From assembly GCA_003648635.1 (NCBI GenBank), contig QMPQ01000003.1, forward strand, positions 1-44,669: a DNA stretch of 44,669 nt, written 5' to 3'. Position 1 is the stretch's first letter, and every line of letters begins with the position of its first letter. The DNA is from Bacteroidota bacterium (GTDB lineage: Bacteria; Bacteroidota; Bacteroidia; Bacteroidales; GCA-2748055). Below are positions 1-9,008 of the stretch, one piece after another. The notes beneath the pieces are model-generated. The model was not told where the DNA came from. It saw nothing but the letters and a program-made list of their open reading frames with translations, and did not search any database. The translations under genes and the position numbers were made by a program.

Positions 1-408
1 AAGAATCCTTCTGAAACGGCGATTTTTGGAACCAGGGGAGGCAGCGGCGTGGTCTCCATTTTTACGAAGAAAGGTGGAGTTCCTGACTACTCACAAAAGT
101 ATATCCCGGGTACCATAGCAGAAAAACTGATGGGTTATGCGTCCAAGCGGGAGTTCTACACGCCAAAATATACAGGTGAAAACATTAATTCAGAAAAACC
201 TGATCATCGCATTGTACAATTTTGGGATCCCAATATTTTCACTGAAAAGGGTAAAGCTTCCGTTACATTCTTCTCCTCCGATGATATTTCAAGGTACAAA
301 GTCTATGTGGAGGGAATCACCAAAGAAGGTAGAATCTGTTTAGGAACGGCAGAATTCGAAGTAAATAGGAAAAATGATAGCCATCATTATTCAGGCAGGG
401 CCCATTGA
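1..408 (+). CDS. 3' end of a large TonB-plug-domain-containing protein (plug followed by a macroglobulin-like C-terminal domain, no beta-barrel); 5'-truncated by the window
   Basis: Frame 1 is open from base 1 and reads KNPSETAIFGTRGGSGVVSIFTKKG, the plug-end motif (A-x-Y/F-G-x-R-G-x-N/S-G-V-x-x-I-x-T-K). It continues with REFYTPKY...FWDPNI...SVTFFSSD...YKVYVEGIT, typical of Bacteroidota plug/MG2-like proteins. Stop at 406-408. Confidence 0.7.
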   Translation, partial: KNPSETAIFGTRGGSGVVSIFTKKGGVPDYSQKYIPGTIAEKLMGYASKREFYTPKYTGENINSEKPDHRIVQFWDPNIFTEKGKASVTFFSSDDISRYKVYVEGITKEGRICLGTAEFEVNRKNDSHHYSGRAH

Positions 409-2228
409 ATGTTTGCAGCTCCTCCCACCACAGGCAGGCTTATGCTGGTGGCATCCAGATCTACTGTCAGCTTCGTTCCGGGCTCAGGCCAGAGTGTAAA
501 TTCCCTGTCGCTTGAGAAGATCATCAGGCCAATCTTCTGTCCTTTGGGGATGATTTGATCGTCGGGTTGAAGCTTAAAGGTCAGGGAATAGAACTCACCG
601 GGTACCAGAGCTTCACTTTCGTATAGAGAACTATGGTTCTGTGGATCGGCCCAGCCACGGGTGATGATGTTATCGGTAATTTTTGGCCTTCTTCCTTCCT
701 GCCAGGGCAAGGACACCAGCCACACCGAGAGATTTACGGCAGGCTTATTCGCTGCTACCCGGATGGTGATTTCAGGAAGTCCGGAGATATGTAAATCTTC
801 GGCTAACTCGGGAGTGAGATAGATAAGCCTATGATTGGTGATCTCAGCCTCGGCCAGGGCTGATCCATCGAAGGAGTAGTTATCCACCAGGGTTTCGCTT
901 CCCTGTCCTTCTGTTTTATTCATGCTGAGCGTGCCCCTGGCAGGAGCACCTGCAGTCAGATAAAAGCTAACAGGCTCAGCCTCCGGATTGGGAAAATCTT
1001 TGTAAGAGGTGGGATCCGCGGGTTTGTCATTCTCCCTGACAATCCAGGCCCGGGCATCTTTCTCCACCCCATTTTCGATTCCATGGAGGTAGCGTGTAAA
1101 CCACCGGTTCATCATGCTCATGGGTGGTGGACCACCGTGACCATTCTGGTGATAATAGATCTGGGCGGGGATTCCTTTTTCTTTGGCCGCGGTGTAGATT
1201 CGATAGCTATGCTCGGGCATTACATTCCAGTCATTGAGGCCATGCGACATGAGCAAGGCAGCTTTCATGGGATCCATATCGTTCAGATAGTCCCTCCCTT
1301 CCCAAAAATCATTCAGATCGCCAGTGATGCGATCCATCCCCTCTTTCATTTCCTTATCTCTTACCGTCGCATTATTATAGGCTCTTTTGGATTCATCTCC
1401 GCTGTGGATAAAGTCATACAATACATCAATGTCCTCACCCAGGTATCCTCCAGGGGATCGGACCAGTCCGTTGGATCGGTAATAGTGGTAGTAGGAAGTA
1501 CCGGGTGCGACTGGGATAATGGCCTCGAGTCCCTCCACACCCGTGGTGGCAGCTGCCAGCGGTAGGGTTCCATTGTAGGAGGTGCCGGTCATGCCCACCT
1601 TGCCGGTGCACCAGTAAGCAGTTACGGTTTCATCCCCATCGGGCGTGGAATAGCCTTTGGCCCGGCCACATAGCCAGTCGATGACCGCTTTGGGAGCCAG
1701 CGATTCGTTATCGCCACCTACCGTGGGTGAACCCTGAGACAATCCGGTACCCGGAGAAGAAGAATGAACAACGATGTATCCCCTGGGAACCCAGGTTTTG
1801 ATTTGTGAATTTGAAATGATGGGGCGCTTTCCCCTGCGGGTGACCTCCGGGTGAACGCGGTCAGCGGCCATCTCCCCCAGCTCATGTTTCACATCCCAGA
1901 ACATTCCATCCGGGAAGCCGGCCGTTCCGGCAAAATAGGGACTGGTTTCATACACCACTGGTAGTTTCAGGCCTTCAGTGTCTGTCTGCTTGGGCCGGGT
2001 GACTGCCACATGCATTCTGTCAGGCTTCTGATCCCCGTCTGTATCAAATTCTGTCTCCACCCAGAGATCATGCCTGATCCAGTCATCCCGGTTTTCAAAG
2101 GCAGGAACAATTTGCGCCTCTCCGTTTTCGAAAACTGGAACAGCCTTTTTACCGGACTGAGCCATGGAGGGAAGGAGAATTGCAAAGGATAGTAAGAATA
2201 GGATGGAAAATCTGAAATACGGTTTCAT
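387..2228 (-). CDS. pepX: Secreted Xaa-Pro dipeptidyl-peptidase (S15 / CocE-NonD family)
   Basis: Nucleophile motif GTSYNG, then HGLNDWNV and HQNGH (Asp and His of the triad), and a PepX C-terminal domain (ITRGWADPQN). The ATG at 2228 gives a signal peptide MKPYFRFSILFLLSFAILLPSMA|Q. The ORF track extends upstream to 2324. Confidence 0.85.
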   Translation of the reverse strand: MKPYFRFSILFLLSFAILLPSMAQSGKKAVPVFENGEAQIVPAFENRDDWIRHDLWVETEFDTDGDQKPDRMHVAVTRPKQTDTEGLKLPVVYETSPYFAGTAGFPDGMFWDVKHELGEMAADRVHPEVTRRGKRPIISNSQIKTWVPRGYIVVHSSSPGTGLSQGSPTVGGDNESLAPKAVIDWLCGRAKGYSTPDGDETVTAYWCTGKVGMTGTSYNGTLPLAAATTGVEGLEAIIPVAPGTSYYHYYRSNGLVRSPGGYLGEDIDVLYDFIHSGDESKRAYNNATVRDKEMKEGMDRITGDLNDFWEGRDYLNDMDPMKAALLMSHGLNDWNVMPEHSYRIYTAAKEKGIPAQIYYHQNGHGGPPPMSMMNRWFTRYLHGIENGVEKDARAWIVRENDKPADPTSYKDFPNPEAEPVSFYLTAGAPARGTLSMNKTEGQGSETLVDNYSFDGSALAEAEITNHRLIYLTPELAEDLHISGLPEITIRVAANKPAVNLSVWLVSLPWQEGRRPKITDNIITRGWADPQNHSSLYESEALVPGEFYSLTFKLQPDDQIIPKGQKIGLMIFSSDREFTLWPEPGTKLTVDLDATSISLPVVGGAANIQWALPE

Positions 2229-2335
2229 GGTTGACAATTTGAAGATTCGGATTTGAAAGGGGTAAATATATCCAAAAAGAGATGATTCCCCCAATGACTT
2301 AATCTGCTTCAGGGATGGCTGCACTCTGATTAGTA

Positions 2336-2403
2336 TTGTTGCTGCGTATTTTGAACCCCCGGCATCATTCTAGGATATGGAAAATCAAGACATGCAGCAA
2401 CAA
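2336..2403. repeat. 19-bp imperfect inverted repeat with a 30-nt spacer in the pepX/tRNA intergenic region
   Basis: Arms TTGTTGCTGCGTATTTTGA (2336-2354) and TCAAGACATGCAGCAACAA (2385-2403). On the + strand this gives 16 Watson-Crick pairs, 2 G-U pairs and 1 mismatch. Confidence 0.55.
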
Positions 2404-2436
2404 CAGACACAGTAGGAGATATACCGCAGGGGAAAT

Positions 2437-2478
2437 GAAAAGAGCCGCAATTAGCTTTAGTGCTTATTGCGACTCTTT
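2437..2478 (-). terminator. Intrinsic terminator hairpin downstream of tRNA-Val
   Basis: Minus strand AAAGAGTCGCAATAAGC-ACTAAA-GCTAATTGCGGCTCTTTTC forms a long stem ending in a U-run, about 6 nt after the tRNA 3' end. Confidence 0.7.
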
Positions 2479-2483
2479 ATTTG

Positions 2484-2558
2484 TGGGATGTACTGGAATC
2501 GAACCGGTGACCTCTTGCCTGTCAAGCAAGCGCTCTGAACCAACTGAGCTAACACCCC
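2484..2558 (-). tRNA. tRNA-Val (anticodon GAC)
   Basis: Minus strand GGGGTGT-TA-GCTC-AGTTGGTTCA-GAGC-G-CTTGC-TTGACAG-GCAAG-AGGTC-ACCGG-TTCGATT-CCAGT-ACATCCC-A gives a full cloverleaf with a GAC anticodon and discriminator A. CCA is not encoded. A TAACTTCG -7-like element lies at 2569-2576. Confidence 0.96.
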
Positions 2559-2589
2559 TTTCGGAGGACGAAGTTAATAAAAATCGGGA

Positions 2590-3333
2590 TTACCTGTATG
2601 CAACTTTGTTATCGAAATTTTCATCTATCTCTCGCTTAATAGTCTTCCATTTAAGCATGACGGAGAGTGATATATACCAGATTCCCGTTGATTCAAACTG
2701 CGAGTAATCCACATCCTCACCAAAATCCTGTCCAACGAAGTCCTTGTTCAGGAAATCGTTCATATAATATTTGAATTTCAGGTTAAATCCTCCGGGAAAC
2801 TGTAAGCCAACAAACCAGGAGGGAATCCATGTATTCACTCGGTCACTGTTCCATGCGGTGAACTTGTATTTATCGCCATCAATAAATTTTTTCTGCTTAT
2901 AATGAAACATCCACTCATATTCAACACCCCCGTATGCAAAGAAATTATCATCGAACGATCCCACTTTAATTGCAAGGGGGAAACCCAGGGCGTAACTCCT
3001 GTGCTTGATCTTCGTGTTTTTATTGTAATTGATGTCTGTATTGTCCACATCATATCCAACATTCTGATAATAGTCCTCCATAATTAGCCCGACATTTCGT
3101 ATAGACAAACCAGTATATAGACCAAGGTTGTCTGTAAAATTAAAGTTGATCTGCTGCTGGACATGAAGAAAGATGGTAAAACGCATATTGGTATTTACAT
3201 CTACCCCATTGAAGTTCACATCGGCTCCAGAAAGGATGATCTCACCTCCCGAGGACATATAAATATTCTTGTTTTGTGCTTTCAGGGTAAAAAATGCCAG
3301 GGTCAGTATCAGAATGAGTAGGTACCTTTTCAT
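2590..3333 (-). CDS. Outer-membrane beta-barrel protein (porin/PorT-like family, function unknown)
   Basis: Signal peptide MKRYLLILILTLAFFTLKA|Q, amphipathic aromatic-rich beta-strands (NLGLYTGLSIRNVG, SYALGFPLAIKVG, FAYGGVEYEW), 247 aa. Confidence 0.65.
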   Translation of the reverse strand: MKRYLLILILTLAFFTLKAQNKNIYMSSGGEIILSGADVNFNGVDVNTNMRFTIFLHVQQQINFNFTDNLGLYTGLSIRNVGLIMEDYYQNVGYDVDNTDINYNKNTKIKHRSYALGFPLAIKVGSFDDNFFAYGGVEYEWMFHYKQKKFIDGDKYKFTAWNSDRVNTWIPSWFVGLQFPGGFNLKFKYYMNDFLNKDFVGQDFGEDVDYSQFESTGIWYISLSVMLKWKTIKREIDENFDNKVAYR

Positions 3334-3335
3334 AA

Positions 3336-4154
3336 TTATTGTGTTAGGTTATTTTGAACTAATCGATTAAACTTATCCATAAGAAGCCGAAGCAGCGGAT
3401 GATCCACATCAAAACAAAAGTCATCAATCTGTTTTACCGGAAGAACCTTCGGGGAGGTGCCTGATATAAATACAGAAACCAGGCTGTCCAGGGCATCTTT
3501 TGAAATGGTCCTTTCCTCGATTAGAATCCCCTCACCAGCAGCGATCTCCAGCACATATTTCCTGGTTATCCCGGGTAGAATACTCCTTTCAGGAGTGGTA
3601 ATCAGGCTGCCATTCCGGTCGATATAAAAGATATTGGAGCGGCTTCCTTCGGTGATCTGGTTTTGAGAATTTATCAGGGCCGCTTCATACACCCCTTGTT
3701 CCAGGATGTACCTGGAAACGGAGTTCCTGAAATGATCATCCCATTTTTTTATTCCCGGATTGGGCCTTACGTGGGGATAGATATGCAGCTTGACCCCTTT
3801 TTTATACATGCCTGGATCAGGGTAGAAGTAGGGGATAAAGTAGCATAGTAGTAAGGGTGTGTTCCCATTGGAATTTTGCAGGCAGATCCGGATGTTACCT
3901 TTCTTGAATAAATTTTCATTGATAAGCAGATCCAGATTTTCAATGATCGCTTGATTACCCGGGTAAGATATTTCTGAGCCTGAGATCGACTGTTGAAGTC
4001 TCTCCAGGTGATCATGCAGAAACAGCAGTTTCCCGTCAATTAGTCTGACAACCTCATAATAGATATCGGCAGACATATCAGGAATACTGCCCGATGCATT
4101 TACCGATATACCGTTTATAACATACTTCTTACCTAATATCTTTCCTGTTATCAT
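3336..4154 (-). CDS. PLP fold-type IV aminotransferase (BCAT / aminodeoxychorismate lyase family)
   Basis: Motifs YYEVVR, HLERL, PGIKK (candidate PLP lysine), ITEGSRSNIF, ILPGITR and FISGTS. Start overlaps the ABC permease stop (ATGA-type coupling). Confidence 0.88.
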   Translation of the reverse strand: MITGKILGKKYVINGISVNASGSIPDMSADIYYEVVRLIDGKLLFLHDHLERLQQSISGSEISYPGNQAIIENLDLLINENLFKKGNIRICLQNSNGNTPLLLCYFIPYFYPDPGMYKKGVKLHIYPHVRPNPGIKKWDDHFRNSVSRYILEQGVYEAALINSQNQITEGSRSNIFYIDRNGSLITTPERSILPGITRKYVLEIAAGEGILIEERTISKDALDSLVSVFISGTSPKVLPVKQIDDFCFDVDHPLLRLLMDKFNRLVQNNLTQ

Positions 4155-6589
4155 TCCACCCTTATGGAGGTAGCCGGATTCATCCGCGAGGCTTTAATTG
4201 ACTGCCAGCTGACGGTGATCACGGCAATAGTTAGTGATAACAACAAAGATATGATAAAGGTCCAGAATGGGAAGTCAATCCGGTAGGTGAAGTTCTGGAG
4301 CCAGGGTTTGATCACAAAATATGATATGGGCCATGCGATCACGTTGCTGATAATCACCCATCGGGCGAATTGAAGCAGGAACAGGATCAAAATTTGATTC
4401 TGTGTGGCACCCATCACTCTTCGGAGTCCAGTCTCCCGGGTACGTTTCACCGTCATAAATGCAGAGAGTCCCAGCAATCCCAGGGCGGCAATAAATATGA
4501 TAAGTATTGTAAAAGCAAGCACCAGGGTAAATACAATTTTTTCCTCTACATATAATTCATCCAGTTCATCACTGAGATAACTATATTGAATAGGGTAGGA
4601 TGGATTGAACACTTCCCGCTTTTCTTCCACCCAGCTCAGGACTTCGGGCAGCTGATCATTTGAGACCCTTACATGGAGTAACCTTAGGAAGGGTACATTT
4701 TCCCTGCAGATGAACACCAATGGTTCTATGGGATTGTGTAAGGATCCGTAATTGTAGTCCTGGACAACTCCGATGATCTCCGCCTCTGGTGCCGTAACAC
4801 CCTGGATTTGTGGGGCGAGCAAGAATTTTTTACCGATGGCCTCTTCACCCCACTGCATTTCCCGCACCAGGGCCTCATTTACAACGATGGCATTGGCCTG
4901 ATCGGAACCAAATTCTCTGTCATAGAAGCGACCCTGAGCCAGGGTCATACCCATCACGTTCAGGTAATCATAATCAACTATAATGTTGTTGAAGGTCATC
5001 TCCTGCATTTCGCCATTGTTGTCTTCAGCCATCATCACCTGTTTTCCGTGATTTCGTCCCGGAGCAGTAAAAGAGAAACCGGTTTCAACAACTGCAGGGT
5101 GTCTTTCAATCTCTTCCCGGAAGGCATTTGCATTATTGAAAACCGTTGTATCATTCAGGGTTAATAGCAGTATGTTTTCGCTGTCGAATCCCAGGTCCTT
5201 ATTTTGTATGAACTCCATCTGAAGAGCAATCACTATAGACCCAATAACCATAACTGCTGAGACCAGGAATTGTACAACGACCAGTCCGTGCCTGATCCAA
5301 CCCCGGTCCTTTGCGCTAATTCCGTTCCCTTTGAGGATGGAAATCGGATTGAATGAGGCGAGGTAGATAGATGGATAAAGACCTGACAGCACGCCAGTAA
5401 GAATGGAAATGCCAAGGATAAAGATGAGCACTGAGGGTTTGACCAGGACTGCCCAGGTGAAAGTGCTGGATGTGAGATTATTGAATTGTGGAAGAATCAG
5501 AAGAACCAGGAAGGCCGACAGGATGCCTGCTGCCAGGGCCATCATAATGGACTCTCCCAGGAATTGGGATCGCAATATATTTTTGCTTGCTCCACCCACT
5601 TTTCTAATACCGATCTCCTTGCCGCGACTTGTTGCTCGGGCAGTAGTCAGATTGGTATAGTTGATGCTGGCTATAACGATCAGCAGTACGCCAATGATTC
5701 CCATGATATACACATAATTCATGTTTCCCCTGGCTTGGTCGTACTGTAATTCGGTTTTTTGAAAATGGACATCGGCCAGGGGAGTAATCCTGAGATCAAA
5801 AGAAGCTTTGATTTGTTCTCCCAGTTCCGCCATGTATTTGTCATAGAATTCTGGAAATTTAGCGAGGACCATTTCCGGGTTGGTATTATCTGCCATAAGG
5901 ACATATGCGTAGGTGGCCATCCTCCAGAACGATATTGCGCTTCTGTCATTGAATTGTGCGGAACCTATTTGTTCTTCAATGGTTTTAGTTGATATCAGGG
6001 CATTGTATCTCAAGTGAACGTTTACCGGGAGTTCTTCAAATACACCAGTTATGGTATAGTTAGATCCGTCCAGGGCCTTCATGCTTTCACCTATCACTTC
6101 AAGCGATCCGAAATATTTTTTTGCCATGGAAGCGCTTACCACCATTGTATAGGGATCATTTAATGCCGTATTGCGATCGCCCGAGATAAAGGGAATAGTG
6201 AAGACTTTAAAAATCGTGGAGTCGGCAAAGGCGATACTATCCTCCATAAAGGCGTCTTCCCCTTTTTCGAAATAGAGGTTTGGCCGGGGAAGAATCCTGA
6301 CATACTCCTCAATTTCCGGATATTCATCTTTCAGCGTTGGAGCAAGGGGAAGCTGAACAAGAGCCATTAGATCCCTGTTTTCATTGATGGTAAAATCGCC
6401 TTCCAGCCTGTAAATGCGATCAATATGCTCATTATGTTTGTCGTAGGTAAGCTGGTCCTGAACATAGAGAAAGATCAGAATGGAGGCTGTGATCCCAACA
6501 GCCAGCCCAAGCAGGTTTAACAGCGTAAAAAATTTATCCCGGACGGCATTTCTAACCAGGGAAAGCAGGTAATTTTTGAAAAGTGACAT
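4151..6589 (-). CDS. ABC transporter permease, duplicated MacB_PCD/FtsX architecture
   Basis: N-terminal TM FTLLNLLGLAVG, INYTNLTTARATSRGKEIGIRKVGGAS and a second copy KRTRETGLRRVMGAT, and C-terminal ASRMNPATSIRVE. 812 aa. Confidence 0.93.
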   Translation of the reverse strand: MSLFKNYLLSLVRNAVRDKFFTLLNLLGLAVGITASILIFLYVQDQLTYDKHNEHIDRIYRLEGDFTINENRDLMALVQLPLAPTLKDEYPEIEEYVRILPRPNLYFEKGEDAFMEDSIAFADSTIFKVFTIPFISGDRNTALNDPYTMVVSASMAKKYFGSLEVIGESMKALDGSNYTITGVFEELPVNVHLRYNALISTKTIEEQIGSAQFNDRSAISFWRMATYAYVLMADNTNPEMVLAKFPEFYDKYMAELGEQIKASFDLRITPLADVHFQKTELQYDQARGNMNYVYIMGIIGVLLIVIASINYTNLTTARATSRGKEIGIRKVGGASKNILRSQFLGESIMMALAAGILSAFLVLLILPQFNNLTSSTFTWAVLVKPSVLIFILGISILTGVLSGLYPSIYLASFNPISILKGNGISAKDRGWIRHGLVVVQFLVSAVMVIGSIVIALQMEFIQNKDLGFDSENILLLTLNDTTVFNNANAFREEIERHPAVVETGFSFTAPGRNHGKQVMMAEDNNGEMQEMTFNNIIVDYDYLNVMGMTLAQGRFYDREFGSDQANAIVVNEALVREMQWGEEAIGKKFLLAPQIQGVTAPEAEIIGVVQDYNYGSLHNPIEPLVFICRENVPFLRLLHVRVSNDQLPEVLSWVEEKREVFNPSYPIQYSYLSDELDELYVEEKIVFTLVLAFTILIIFIAALGLLGLSAFMTVKRTRETGLRRVMGATQNQILILFLLQFARWVIISNVIAWPISYFVIKPWLQNFTYRIDFPFWTFIISLLLSLTIAVITVSWQSIKASRMNPATSIRVE

Positions 6590-6628
6590 CAGAGTGTGCG
6601 TTTATTGGTTATGCAATCTATAATGAAT

Positions 6629-6644
6629 TCAATAGCAGTGCCAA
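6629..6644 (-). promoter_or_regulatory. Sigma54-type (-24/-12) promoter for the ABC permease
   Basis: Minus strand TTGGCAC-TGCTA-TTGA matches TGGCAC-N5-TTGC with a C>A change at -12, about 40 nt upstream of the ATG. Confidence 0.6.
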
Positions 6645-6698
6645 ATCAGTTAAGTAATTAATAATCAATTGCTAATCATAAACATGCTTATACGAAGG

Positions 6699-6735
6699 TG
6701 TCCGCTTACGTATAAGGACCGTTCAGTATCGGACA
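6699..6735. promoter_or_regulatory. Tandem pseudo-palindromic boxes, probable enhancer for a sigma54 activator
   Basis: TGTCCGCTTACGTATA (6699-6714) and CGTTCAGTATCGGACA (6720-6735), both resembling TGTYCG-N4-CGGACA. They are spaced 21 bp start to start, upstream of the -24/-12 element and separated from it by an AT-rich tract. Confidence 0.5.
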
Positions 6736-6813
6736 TAGTCAAATTCGTTTTGTCGTAAAAAATTATTTGCTACTTTTATTTACTGATATCTGAAACAGCG
6801 ATTATAATCTTTG

Positions 6814-7191
6814 ATGAGCAGGCCAATCTTCTTTATTGACGACGACACAGTGATTCTGAATCTGATGGAATTTACCTTTCAGAGCAGGCACGATTATGAG
6901 GTGGTATGTTTCCGTACCGGGGAAGAATGCCTGGAGAACCTGGATCAGAATCCAAGGCTCATAGTACTGGATCATATTCTTGCCGGGGCTGGCGAAAACA
7001 AGCTAAATGGACTGGATACATTGAAGGAGATACGAAAAGTCAATACATATGTTCCAGTTGTTATTCTTACCGGGCAGGGAGACGATTCCCTTCTAAGCGA
7101 GTTCATGGAGAATGGGGCAAACAGGTACCTGACCAAAGACGATTATTTTATTGACTCACTCATTGAGACCATTCAGCAGATGATTCGCTGA
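6814..7191 (+). CDS. Stand-alone response-regulator receiver (CheY-like) protein
   Basis: Acidic pocket FIDDD, phospho-Asp in VLDHIL, NGLDTL, Thr in ILTG and Lys in YLTKD. No output domain. Confidence 0.88.
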   Translation: MSRPIFFIDDDTVILNLMEFTFQSRHDYEVVCFRTGEECLENLDQNPRLIVLDHILAGAGENKLNGLDTLKEIRKVNTYVPVVILTGQGDDSLLSEFMENGANRYLTKDDYFIDSLIETIQQMIR

Positions 7192-7263
7192 TGCCTCCCC
7201 TTTTAATCTCCTTACTGTCATGAATTAATGGAGATCTTTGTTTTTTTATATGAGATAAATTTA

Positions 7264-7271
7264 TACTTTTG
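7264..7271 (+). promoter_or_regulatory. Bacteroidota housekeeping -7 promoter element (yceD-rpmF-plsX-fabH)
   Basis: TACTTTTG matches TAnnTTTG, 20 nt before the GTG start. Confidence 0.6.
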
Positions 7272-7291
7272 CACTCCCAAATTGAAGCGTT

Positions 7292-7831
7292 GTGAGAAAG
7301 CGGGGTTCATATGCAGTACGCATTTCGGGTTTAGGAGAAGGCGATCACGATTTTTCATTTGAGCTTGACAGGCAGTTCTTTGTTTTATTTGAGCATCCGG
7401 ATATCAGCAACGGAAATGTACATGCGGAGGTGACCCTGGAAAAGAAAACAGGCGTCTTCTCTCTCCATTTTTCACTTACAGGGAATGTGGAGGTACTATG
7501 TGACCGTTGTCTGGAGAAATTTTCGACTGATATTTCTACCACCCAGACCATTTTTGTGAAGGTGGGAGAAACACCGGGCGAAATTGAGGATGATGTCTTG
7601 ATCATTGCAAGGGGCGATCACGAGATAGAGGTGGGTCAGTATCTGTATGAGTTTATTATGCTGGCACTTCCCTGTCAAAAGGTTCATCCTGATGATTCTG
7701 ATGGACACTCCACTTGCAACCCGGAGATGTTGAAACAACTGGATGCTCACAGTACAAAAGAACCTGAAAGGGAAGAAAAGATTGATCCCAGGTGGGATGC
7801 ACTTAAAGGAATTATTGAAAAAAACGAATAA
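7292..7831 (+). CDS. yceD: YceD/DUF177 family protein (large-subunit rRNA accumulation)
   Basis: CDRCLE motif, YEFIMLALP and C-terminal IDPRWDALK. Canonical position directly upstream of rpmF. Confidence 0.93.
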   Translation: MRKRGSYAVRISGLGEGDHDFSFELDRQFFVLFEHPDISNGNVHAEVTLEKKTGVFSLHFSLTGNVEVLCDRCLEKFSTDISTTQTIFVKVGETPGEIEDDVLIIARGDHEIEVGQYLYEFIMLALPCQKVHPDDSDGHSTCNPEMLKQLDAHSTKEPEREEKIDPRWDALKGIIEKNE

Positions 7832-7833
7832 CT

Positions 7834-8028
7834 ATGGCACATCCAAAAAGAAAGACTTCAAAGACCAGAAGAGACAAGAGAAGAACGCATTATAAAGCTG
7901 AGGCTCCTACACTCTCTACCTGTGCAACTACAGGGACAGTTCACGAACGTCACCGTGCTTACTACGTGGATGGGAACCTTTACTATAAAGGGAAACTCGT
8001 AATCGACGCTGAAGCCGATTTAGCTTAG
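7834..8028 (+). CDS. rpmF: 50S ribosomal protein L32
   Basis: [20 protein letters not shown]-terminus and HRA...YYKG C-terminal part. Confidence 0.97.
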   Translation: MAHPKRKTSKTRRDKRRTHYKAEAPTLSTCATTGTVHERHRAYYVDGNLYYKGKLVIDAEADLA

Positions 8029-8063
8029 CTAAGACATTCATTAGGGCATTAGCCCGATAACCC

Positions 8064-9008
8064 ATGCGCATTGGGATCGATATGATGGGGGGCGATTACG
8101 CTCCCGGCTCTGTAATTCGCGGAGCCATTCTCGCCAGGGAATCCTTACCTGTTGATGTGGAAATTGTATTGATTGGAAACAAGGACATCCTTGCCCGCTA
8201 CTCGGAGGAACACCAACTCGATGTAAGCGGGCTTTCTCATATCCATACGGAGGATGCTGTTGAGATGGAAGACCATCCGCTCAAGGTATTCAAGGAGAAG
8301 CCGCAAGCGGGCCTTTTTCTGGGTCAGCGCTTACTTATGGATGGTTCATTGGATGGATTTTGCAGTGCAGGAAATACCGGAGCCATGATGGTTGGGGCTA
8401 TGCAAATTATCACTTCTATTCCCGGAATCATCCGTCCAGCTATTGCTGCAACTATACCAAATGTAGAGGGAACACAATCCGTAATTCTCGATGTAGGACT
8501 AAATCCAGATGCACGTCCGGATGTTTTATACCAATATGGCACCATTGGTACCATTTACTCCAGTTTAGTACATCAAATTGTTGATCCGACAGTAGCTTTG
8601 CTCAATGTGGGTATCGAAGAGAGTAAGGGGAACATGGTTACCCGAAGTGCATATCAGTTGATGAAGGAGTCCTCTAATTACAACTTTATTGGAAATATTG
8701 AAGCCAACGAGATGTTTGTTTCAACCAGGGCAGATGTAATTGTGACCGATGGGTTTATTGGAAATATGATGTTAAAGCAGGCTGAGGCATTTTATAAAGT
8801 TGTTTCCCTGAAGAGTGTTGGCAATGGTTACTTTGAATTGTTTAATTTTGAAAATTTTGGAGGCACCCCGGTGCTGGGCATAAATGCTTCCCTGCTAATC
8901 GGGCACGGAATCTCCAATGATAAAGCGATAAAGAATATGCTCCTTCATACAGTTGATGTAGTGGGAGCTGGATTGGTAAACAGGATTAAAGAAGAACTGG
9001 ACAGATGA
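8064..9008 (+). CDS. plsX: Phosphate acyltransferase PlsX
   Basis: [46 protein letters not shown] and IGHG motifs, in rpmF-plsX-fabH synteny. Confidence 0.96.
   Translation: MRIGIDMMGGDYAPGSVIRGAILARESLPVDVEIVLIGNKDILARYSEEHQLDVSGLSHIHTEDAVEMEDHPLKVFKEKPQAGLFLGQRLLMDGSLDGFCSAGNTGAMMVGAMQIITSIPGIIRPAIAATIPNVEGTQSVILDVGLNPDARPDVLYQYGTIGTIYSSLVHQIVDPTVALLNVGIEESKGNMVTRSAYQLMKESSNYNFIGNIEANEMFVSTRADVIVTDGFIGNMMLKQAEAFYKVVSLKSVGNGYFELFNFENFGGTPVLGINASLLIGHGISNDKAIKNMLLHTVDVVGAGLVNRIKEELDR

Noticed and set aside
2492-2508. C-A mismatch in the tRNA-Val T-stem suggesting a pseudo-tRNA
   Set aside because: A single mismatch is tolerated. All other invariant positions, a promoter-like element and a terminator are intact.
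2336-2707. 123-aa ORF spanning the tRNA
   Set aside because: It is the antisense translation of tRNA-Val (GCTGIEPVTSCLSSKRSEPTELTP) and its terminator, a classic spurious ORF.
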